Source: Chloroflexota bacterium
GTDB lineage: Bacteria > Chloroflexota > Dehalococcoidia > Bin125
Assembly (NCBI GenBank): GCA_028873865.1
Contig: JAPPNI010000039.1
Location: 26,752 to 90,751 of the forward strand
Direction of reading: 5' to 3'
Length of the DNA: 64,000 nucleotides
Positions 58,232 to 64,000 of the stretch are shown here, piece after piece (position 1 is the first letter of the stretch; every line of letters starts with the position of its first letter). A program made the position numbers and the translations under genes. The notes beneath the pieces are model-generated. The model ran no database searches and was not told where the DNA came from. It saw nothing but the letters and a program-made list of their open reading frames with translations.

Positions 58232-58717
58232 TTAACGCACACGATCCGTGGGTACCAGACGGCGGTGCTCAACCATCAGACATCTGTCCTCTACGGCACG
58301 TAACCCGGCATCGCGAGCGCGCCGCAGGCCATCCGGATTAACGATTCCGAGTTGCAGCCAGACGGTTCGCACGCCCGCCTGTTGGGCGGCAATTGCGTCG
58401 GCAATGGGCTTGTCGGTGTCGACCGAGCGACGGAAGACGTTGACCGTGTCGATCGTCAGATCGGGCAGAGCCGCTTGAGCTTCCGCCACCGATGCGTAGA
58501 CATGCTCGCCGAGAATCTGCGTACCCGCAGCGGCCGGGTTGATCGGAATGATCCGGTAGCCGTGATCCTGCATGTAGGCGGTGACTCGATGGGAGTCTCG
58601 TTCCGGCTTCGGCGACAGACCGATTACGGCGATGGTCTGCATATCGGACAGCGAGGTCTCGACATCGGCGTCGATCTGGTTCTGCCATTTCTGTTCGTAC
58701 CGGTCACTGTTGGTCAT
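58232..58717 (-). CDS. CoA-binding domain protein (YccU/YneT-like)
   Basis: 161 aa; IAVIGLSPKPERDSHRV Rossmann-like CoA_binding_2. Confidence 0.75.
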   Translation of the reverse strand: MTNSDRYEQKWQNQIDADVETSLSDMQTIAVIGLSPKPERDSHRVTAYMQDHGYRIIPINPAAAGTQILGEHVYASVAEAQAALPDLTIDTVNVFRRSVDTDKPIADAIAAQQAGVRTVWLQLGIVNPDGLRRARDAGLRAVEDRCLMVEHRRLVPTDRVR

Positions 58718-58726
58718 CGGTGGCTC

Positions 58727-59416
58727 CTACCAGATAGGTCCGCGGATGGGGGCTTCGGTCAGGGCGGAGAATGCCTCGGCGACCTCGAAGATCTGCTGCA
58801 GTCCTTCTTCTTCATGCTGGCGGGGGGTCGAGACGGAACCGAGCACATGGCGGGTACCGCTCTTCTTGACCAAGACCAGTTGCCATTGCGCGAACTCCTC
58901 AGCGGGAAGATCGCCGCCGGCGCGAGCGATTGCGCGGCCTTCATCCTCGACCAACAGCTCGCGGATCTTCCAGAAGGGAATCAGCTCGTTCGTGCCGATG
59001 CCGAGGCCGAGAAATCGCTGCTTCATTGAGACGTTCTGTCCGCCGCGGTCGGCGACGATGTTCGCGCCCATCAGCGCGTAGACCAGCGATATTCCCGAGA
59101 GCGGCAACAGGACGACCGCGAAGAGCAGCAGAATGCCCATCAGCCAGAAGGGAAATGTGTCGACCGATGTCGCCAAGAGGGCCAGCAGACCGGCCGTCAA
59201 TGCCACGCCGAAGAGCGGCACCACGACCGCCGACCTGGGCGGGCGGATTTCGATGCGCTCCGGAGCGATGTTAACCACGCGACGATGCAGGAACAGCGTG
59301 CGCGGCGCCAATGGTTCGGTGACGGCCTCCGGACGTTCGAGCTGGCGTTCCTCAACGTCGTCGAGGACGTCTTCCAGCTCGCCGAGCGGCGTCGTTTCGG
59401 TCGATTCGGTGGTCAC
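58727..59416 (-). CDS. hypothetical membrane protein (2 TM + PH-like C-terminal domain)
   Basis: 229 aa; acidic N-terminus, two TM helices. Confidence 0.5.
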   Translation of the reverse strand: MTTESTETTPLGELEDVLDDVEERQLERPEAVTEPLAPRTLFLHRRVVNIAPERIEIRPPRSAVVVPLFGVALTAGLLALLATSVDTFPFWLMGILLLFAVVLLPLSGISLVYALMGANIVADRGGQNVSMKQRFLGLGIGTNELIPFWKIRELLVEDEGRAIARAGGDLPAEEFAQWQLVLVKKSGTRHVLGSVSTPRQHEEEGLQQIFEVAEAFSALTEAPIRGPIW

Positions 59417-59450
59417 ACCGCAAGATTAGCAACGGCGATATGCTCGCCCC

Positions 59451-59690
59451 ATGGCTCCTATGGACCGGACTCGACTGACCGGCCTGATCCTGATGATCGC
59501 CGCTGCCTTCCAGGCGCTCTGGTTCCTGCTGGGCGTGCGGAGGCGGAGTTACGCCGCCGTGGCCGTACCGGCCGCCGCGATCACGCTCAGCGCTGCGGTG
59601 CTGCTCTTCTGGATCGGTTGGACGACGTATGAGCTCGAAGACGACCTTGAAGGTCTCAACTTCGTCCCCGAGCCGCTCGACGATATCTAA
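59451..59690 (+). CDS. hypothetical small two-TM protein
   Basis: 79 aa, two hydrophobic helices, acidic tail; only plus-strand ORF in a 19-kb minus-strand block; weak SD. Confidence 0.35.
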   Translation: MAPMDRTRLTGLILMIAAAFQALWFLLGVRRRSYAAVAVPAAAITLSAAVLLFWIGWTTYELEDDLEGLNFVPEPLDDI

Positions 59691-59698
59691 GCCCGTCG

Positions 59699-60190
59699 TC
59701 AACCTGTCCAAGATGGCCCCTCGATCCGCTTCAGATCGCTCTGGTCGACGGTCGTCAACAACTCTCCGACGAGTGACCCATCCGGCAGCGTCAGACCGGC
59801 GGCAAGATCGGCCAGCGGGCGGAGCACGAAGCCACGCTGCGTCAGGTACGGATGCGGGATCTGGAGTCTTGGTTCGTCGATCACTGCTAAGCCGTAGAGC
59901 AGGATGTCGATGTCGATCAGGCGCGGGCCCCAGTGTTGCTCACGCACCCTGCCGAGGTTGTTTTCGATCGCTTGCGTGGCATCCAGTAGTTCCAGGGGCT
60001 TCATCGTGGTTCGACCGCGCACGACCGCGTTGAGGAAGGCGGGCTGATCGGTGACGCCCCAGGCGGCGGACTCGTAGAGGGAAGACACTCGCACGTCGTC
60101 GATGATCTGTCGGAGGGCAGCGACTGCTGAGCGCATCGACTCCCGGCGGTCACCGAGGTTGCCGCCGATGCCGAGGAAGACGTTGGTCAT
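59699..60190 (-). CDS. folK: 2-amino-4-hydroxy-6-hydroxymethyldihydropteridine pyrophosphokinase FolK
   Basis: VFLGIGGNLGDR ... IDIDILLY HPPK motifs. Confidence 0.85.
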   Translation of the reverse strand: MTNVFLGIGGNLGDRRESMRSAVAALRQIIDDVRVSSLYESAAWGVTDQPAFLNAVVRGRTTMKPLELLDATQAIENNLGRVREQHWGPRLIDIDILLYGLAVIDEPRLQIPHPYLTQRGFVLRPLADLAAGLTLPDGSLVGELLTTVDQSDLKRIEGPSWTG

Positions 60191-60990
60191 TGGCGCACGA
60201 TGTCGTCGGCCATGCGGACGACCCGGGTCATTTCGGCGACGTCGTGGACGCGGACCAGGTCGGCGCCGTTGGCGACGGCCAGAGCGGTGACCGCGGCCGA
60301 GCCTTCCAGTCGCTGCTCCACGCCCCAGCCGAACTGTTCGCCGGTCATTCGCTTACGCGACATGCCGACCAGGATGGGGCAGCGCAGCGCTCGCAGCTCC
60401 GAGAGCCGGCGCAGGATCTCGGCGTTCTCGGACAGTTCCCAGCCGAAGCCGAAGCCCGGGTCGAGGATCATCCGATCGTGATCGACGCCGTGCCGGCTCG
60501 CGATCGCGAGGGACTCGCGAAAGCCATCAAGGACTGCTACCACGGGGTCGGACGCAGGTTTGCGGGCTCGCTGGTTGTGCATGGCGATCACCCAGGCATC
60601 ACGAGCGGCGGCGACATCGGCGAGGGCCGGATCGCCCTGTAGCCCGTTGATGTCGTTGAGCATGACTGCGCCGGCGTCGAAGGCCGCCAGGGCCACGGCA
60701 GGCTTGGTCGTATCGACGGATATCGGTGTGTCCGGCAGATTCTCGACGGCGCGTTCGATCACCGGCACGACGCGCTCGAGTTCCGTCTCAGTCGACACGG
60801 TCTGGAAGCCGGGCCGAGTTGATTCCCCGCCGACGTCGATGATGTCGGCGCCGTCGTGGACCATCTGCTCGGCGATGGCTGAGGCGCTGGCGACATCGAT
60901 AACGCCGTCGCCAGTGAATGAGTCCGGGGTGACATTGAGAATCCCGACGATGAGCGTCCGCGAACCCCACGGAAACGCATCCAGCTCCAC
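60187..60990 (-). CDS. folP: dihydropteroate synthase FolP
   Basis: GILNVTPDSF, GADIIDVGGESTRPG; GTG 60990 (SD AAAGGGG) preferred over ORF-track start 61038 that would overlap JAMM gene by 38 nt. Confidence 0.85.
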   Translation of the reverse strand: MELDAFPWGSRTLIVGILNVTPDSFTGDGVIDVASASAIAEQMVHDGADIIDVGGESTRPGFQTVSTETELERVVPVIERAVENLPDTPISVDTTKPAVALAAFDAGAVMLNDINGLQGDPALADVAAARDAWVIAMHNQRARKPASDPVVAVLDGFRESLAIASRHGVDHDRMILDPGFGFGWELSENAEILRRLSELRALRCPILVGMSRKRMTGEQFGWGVEQRLEGSAAVTALAVANGADLVRVHDVAEMTRVVRMADDIVRQ

Positions 60991-61000
60991 TACAACCCCT

Positions 61001-61507
61001 TTACAGCGACGTCTCCCGCACTCGCGACCGACCGTCAACCTCGATCATTTCGAGCCGCTTTCGTTCGGCGCGGCCTGAATCGATCAGCAGGTCAATCTCG
61101 GCTGCCTTCACCGTATCCGGATCGTCGCCCTCGTCGATGCGCCAGGCGCGCACCGAGGGCGGTTCGTCGGCGAGCGAGACCAGAACCCAGTAGGGCCACT
61201 CGGTCGCGCCCTTGTGCAGCCGGGCGATGTTGAGGTCGGTCGGCGAGGGCCGTGCCTCGGAAGCGACGTGGGAGTGGTAGATCACGAGCAGATCGCCGTC
61301 GGCATCGTCGATCTCGTTGTAGAGGTGCAGGAGCTGCTGGGCGGGAATGTTGAAGCGCCAGGGCGAGGCCTGGTCGTTGGTGGCGCGCCAGAGCGTCAGC
61401 GCGCCATCGGCGGCGCGGCCGATCACGCCGCAGCATTCGTTGGGCAGATCGTCACGCGAGTGCGCGATCATCTCGTCGATCAGGACCTGCGGCAACTGCA
61501 AGCTCAT
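61001..61507 (-). CDS. JAMM/MPN+ metalloprotease (Mec+-like)
   Basis: E..CG...YHSHVASEARPSPTD = JAMM motif (HxH-x7-S-x2-D). Confidence 0.8.
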   Translation of the reverse strand: MSLQLPQVLIDEMIAHSRDDLPNECCGVIGRAADGALTLWRATNDQASPWRFNIPAQQLLHLYNEIDDADGDLLVIYHSHVASEARPSPTDLNIARLHKGATEWPYWVLVSLADEPPSVRAWRIDEGDDPDTVKAAEIDLLIDSGRAERKRLEMIEVDGRSRVRETSL

Positions 61508-62127
61508 GTTCCCGCCGCCTCACGCTGTTCCTGCCAGAAGGTCCGCTCCGTTTGCGGGTGCGGGATCTCCGCGCCCCAGGTGTCCCAGCCGTGGACGTCG
61601 GCGTCGCGGGCGAAGAGTTCGATCTTGCGTTGGCGCGGGAACATCTCCTCGATCCTACGACGAACCTCGACCGGCTTGCGCGAGTGATCGCTGCGTCGTT
61701 CGGAGACCAGTTGTCGCACGTTGCGGGCACCGCGGGGCGCGGGAATCCGGCCGCGTTTGAAGACCAGGCAGAGCTCGCACTGGGACATCGTGTAGAAGCC
61801 AGGATTCACCCTTTGCTTGTCCCAGACGAAGGCGACGGTGGCCCAGGCGAAGCCCCAGGCCTTGCCCAGATCAATCGCCTGATCGAGGTGCGGCGAGGTT
61901 GCCCACATGAAGAGCAACGCATCGGCCGCGGCGATGGAGGAGACCTCCAGCTCCATCAGGTCACGGAGCTGCACCGTGTCGTAGTGGCGAATCGCGCCGC
62001 CGGAGTCGCCGCTGCCCGGTCCGGCGTGCTGGAGCTGTCCCCTGTAGTCCCAGGGCGGGTCGGCGTAGATGACGGCGTAGCGCTCGTCGGCGTCGGGGGC
62101 GGGCAGCGGGGGGAACTTGTCCGTCAT
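61504..62127 (-). CDS. MT-A70 family N6-adenine methyltransferase (orphan)
   Basis: IYADPPWDY catalytic DPPW motif; stop overlaps JAMM start (ATGA). Confidence 0.75.
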   Translation of the reverse strand: MTDKFPPLPAPDADERYAVIYADPPWDYRGQLQHAGPGSGDSGGAIRHYDTVQLRDLMELEVSSIAAADALLFMWATSPHLDQAIDLGKAWGFAWATVAFVWDKQRVNPGFYTMSQCELCLVFKRGRIPAPRGARNVRQLVSERRSDHSRKPVEVRRRIEEMFPRQRKIELFARDADVHGWDTWGAEIPHPQTERTFWQEQREAAGT

Positions 62128-62220
62128 GACCCGGACTCCGCGGCTGCGGCGGGGGTGGCGGTGAAATTCGGGTGATTTTCTGCGATGTGGCGCTGTGGAC
62201 TGAGGATCGGTGGTTCAGTT

Positions 62221-62346
62221 GTCCGATTTAGTCCGGATTTGTCCGGATTTGTCCGGTTTATGCCAAGTCTTTCCGGGGTGATTCCGAGTTTCGCTCGGAA
62301 ATGTCCGAGATTTTCTGTTCGGGTCTGTTCGGACCTGTTCGGATAG
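62221..62346. repeat. array of about 12 decamer direct repeats with 10-bp phasing (GTCCGGATTT x4, TTCCGAG palindrome, GTTCGGnnnT x3)
   Basis: directly visible: GTCCGATTTA GTCCGGATTT GTCCGGATTT GTCCGGTTTA ... GTTCGGGTCT GTTCGGACCT GTTCGGATAG; lower GC than surroundings; lies upstream of MT-A70 gene. Confidence 0.8.
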
Positions 62347-62464
62347 CGAGGGAGCGGGCGAGGCCGGTTGAGGATGACGGCTGGCACGAGCGACTCCTCC
62401 CATCCTGCGGACCCTGCGGCGGCATGGCACCTTTCTCGCACTGACATTCTATCTCGATCAGTCG

Positions 62465-62839
62465 CTAGTCGGGTATCCACTCGCGCAATTCGCCGTCGTC
62501 GTGGCAGGCTCCCGGTTGCAGGGTCATCTGCAAGTAGGGACGGCTGGCCGCGGGCGCGACGAGATGGTCGAGCCAGTGGTCGCGCTCGGACTCGGGGATG
62601 AGCGAGCCGATGTCGCCGAAGCGCAGATGGATGGCCGTGTCGTCCTCGACAATGCCGAAGTCGATCACGGCCTTGCCCGGCTGAAGCAGACGGCCGACCG
62701 TGTTGGTGCGCAGGATCTTCGCGCCGCCGTCGATGTAGCGGTTGAGCACCGCGGCGGTGAAGTGGATCGGCAGGGCGGAGGCGTCGCCTGAGTTGACGGC
62801 TCGGGCGACGGTGCGCTTCCAGACGGCGTCAGTCGGCAC
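62465..62839 (-). CDS. hypothetical protein (about 124 aa)
   Basis: ORF in frame with GTG 62839; no recognised motif; codon usage native-like. Confidence 0.35.
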   Translation of the reverse strand: MPTDAVWKRTVARAVNSGDASALPIHFTAAVLNRYIDGGAKILRTNTVGRLLQPGKAVIDFGIVEDDTAIHLRFGDIGSLIPESERDHWLDHLVAPAASRPYLQMTLQPGACHDDGELREWIPD

Positions 62840-62897
62840 GCTCGGCGGCCCCCTCCGCCCCTGCGGGGCACCTCCCCCGGAGGAGGAGGTCTGAGAA

Positions 62898-63743
62898 TCA
62901 GGCGCTGGGGTTGTCGATCGGGACGCCAACGACGGAGCCATACTCGGTCCATGAACCGTCGTAGTTGGACGTGCTGTCGATGCCGAGCAGGTAGCGGAGT
63001 GCAAACCAGCTGTGGGAGGAACGCTCGCCGATGCGGCAGTAGGCGATTACCGGCTGGTCGCCCGTGATGCCCTGGGCCTGGTAGATGCTGCTGAGCTCGT
63101 CGGCCGACTTGAAGGTGCCGTCCTCGGCGACGGCGGTCGCCCAGGGGATGTTCGATGCGCCGGGCACGTGTCCCTTGCGCTGGGCGGTCTCGGGCAGGCC
63201 CGGCGGGGCCATGATGACGCCGTTGAACTCGTCGGGCGAGCGCACGTCGACCAGCTGGCCGCCGGCTTCGACGTGGGCGAGCACGTCGGGCAGCTTGGCG
63301 CGCAGCGTCTCGTCGCGCTCGGCGACGGCGATGCTGCCGGAGCCTGCCGCCGGAGCGTCGGTGGTCGTCGCGCGGCCCTCGGCTTCCCACTTGATGCGGC
63401 CGCCGTCCATCAGCGCGGTGTTGGTGACGCCGTAGAGCTCGAGCATCCACAGGGCGTAGGCAGCGAACCAGTTGTTGTTGTCACCGAAGAGGACGATCTG
63501 CGAGTCGTCGTTGGCGCCGGCGCTGCGCAGCAGGTCGGTGACGACCTCACGCGAGGCGACGTCGCGCGAGACCTGGTCCTGGAGCTGGGATGTCCAGTTC
63601 CAGGCGACGGCTCCCGGCGGGTGGCCTTCGTCGTAGGCCGAGGTGTCGACGTCGACCTCGATCAGGACGACGTTGGGGTCGTCGAGGTTGTCGGCGACCC
63701 AGTCGGTCGAGACGAGTTTCTCGGGGTGTGCGTAGTCAGCCAT
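62898..63743 (-). CDS. thiosulfate/3-mercaptopyruvate sulfurtransferase (tandem rhodanese)
   Basis: 281 aa; two rhodanese modules, active-site CRIGERS. Confidence 0.85.
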   Translation of the reverse strand: MADYAHPEKLVSTDWVADNLDDPNVVLIEVDVDTSAYDEGHPPGAVAWNWTSQLQDQVSRDVASREVVTDLLRSAGANDDSQIVLFGDNNNWFAAYALWMLELYGVTNTALMDGGRIKWEAEGRATTTDAPAAGSGSIAVAERDETLRAKLPDVLAHVEAGGQLVDVRSPDEFNGVIMAPPGLPETAQRKGHVPGASNIPWATAVAEDGTFKSADELSSIYQAQGITGDQPVIAYCRIGERSSHSWFALRYLLGIDSTSNYDGSWTEYGSVVGVPIDNPSA

Positions 63744-63773
63744 GTTGGTGTCCTTTCTTCGGACGGTGGTGCA

Positions 63774-64000
63774 TCACCACCAGATTTTGCCTTCGATCTC
63801 TTCGTCGCCGGCGATGTCTTCGTAGTCGCGATTCCAGAGGCCGGTCGAGAGGTACTTCCAACCTCCGTCGGCGAGGAGGACGACGATGTTGCCGGTGTCG
63901 AGCCGCTCGGCCGCTCGCTGCGCTGCTCGAATGGCGGCGCCGCAGGAGATGCCGGCGAAGATGCCTTCCTCTTCGAGCAGCCGCTTGACGACGGCGAAGG
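63774..64000 (-). CDS. cysteine synthase (CysK/CysM family), C-terminal fragment; gene continues beyond window
   Basis: ...GIFAGISCGAAIRAA...LADGGWKYLST PLP-fold C-terminus. Confidence 0.8.
   Translation of the reverse strand, partial: FAVVKRLLEEEGIFAGISCGAAIRAAQRAAERLDTGNIVVLLADGGWKYLSTGLWNRDYEDIAGDEEIEGKIWW

Noticed and set aside
60990-61038. 38-nt overlap between FolP (ORF-track start 61038) and the JAMM gene
   Set aside because: An in-frame GTG at 60990 with an AAAGGGG SD, lying 7-14 aa before the conserved GILNVTPDSF, gives a non-overlapping FolP. The overlap is an ORF-caller artefact.
61504-62127. MT-A70 gene as part of a restriction-modification system
   Set aside because: No endonuclease or specificity gene is adjacent; the neighbours are folP/folK and a Mec+ protease. 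Treated as an orphan MTase.
62221-62346. Possible CRISPR array
   Set aside because: Repeat unit is only 10 bp with no unique spacers and no cas genes; this is a satellite or iteron-like array, not CRISPR.
62124-62480. 118-aa minus-strand ORF spanning the decamer repeat array
   Set aside because: Its translation is periodic (NPDKSGLNRT...) purely because it reads through the 10-bp repeats; low GC; considered non-coding.
1-64000. Mobile element, prophage or genomic island boundaries
   Set aside because: No integrase, transposase, tRNA gene, flanking direct repeats or GC discontinuity. The only mobility-associated item is the BrnTA-like TA pair.

Overview
This is a high-GC (about 65-68%) bacterial chromosomal window with no rRNA, tRNA, CRISPR, integrase or transposase detected. 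The split cytochrome b6/subunit IV bc-complex, the Firmicute-like yqeY-pgpH operon and Tat-lipoprotein ABC binding proteins suggest Chloroflexota (Thermomicrobia-like) or a related monoderm lineage; that placement is inference. All product calls rest on motifs read from the ORF translations, not on database searches.

Positions 1-45,000 are an accessory, catabolic-looking region:
- two paralogous peptide/nickel-type ABC importer loci (binding protein plus two permeases, no ATPase gene); the binding proteins share near-identical Tat/lipobox N-termini followed by poly-Q/A/E linkers of about 70 aa;
- a sulfatase - FGE - amidase - quinone-reductase operon, with tandem-duplicated enolase-superfamily genes and a D-aminoacylase on the other side of the divergent amidase/enolase promoter region;
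- a detoxification-like cluster: MaoC dehydratase, nitroreductase, VOC/glyoxalase, a DhaA-like haloalkane dehalogenase, two DinB-like paralogs and a PaaI thioesterase;
- an alpha/beta-hydrolase fused to a class III nucleotidyl cyclase, plus a URO-D-like protein and an amidohydrolase-2;
- six co-directional tandem SDR genes in two paralog families;
- a lone NuoI-like ferredoxin, a two-subunit CoA-transferase, a CaiB-type CoA-transferase and an acyl-CoA dehydrogenase.

Near the start there is a BrnT/BrnA-like toxin-antitoxin pair next to a tryptophan-halogenase-family flavoprotein.

Positions 45,000-64,000 are housekeeping:
- purL-purQ;
- a PgpH-like 7TM-HD protein and yqeY;
- a cytochrome b6 - subunit IV - Rieske - cytochrome c operon;
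- purM-purF;
- folK-folP;
- a Mec+ (JAMM) protease translationally coupled to an orphan MT-A70 (DPPW) adenine methyltransferase;
- a rhodanese and a partial cysteine synthase.

This housekeeping part also contains unannotated elements:
- two tandem small ORFs sharing a GKRY motif, one of them a zinc-ribbon, upstream of yqeY;
- a 26-aa hydrophobic micro-ORF translationally coupled to cytochrome b6;
- a 126-bp array of 10-bp-phased decamer direct repeats upstream of the methyltransferase.
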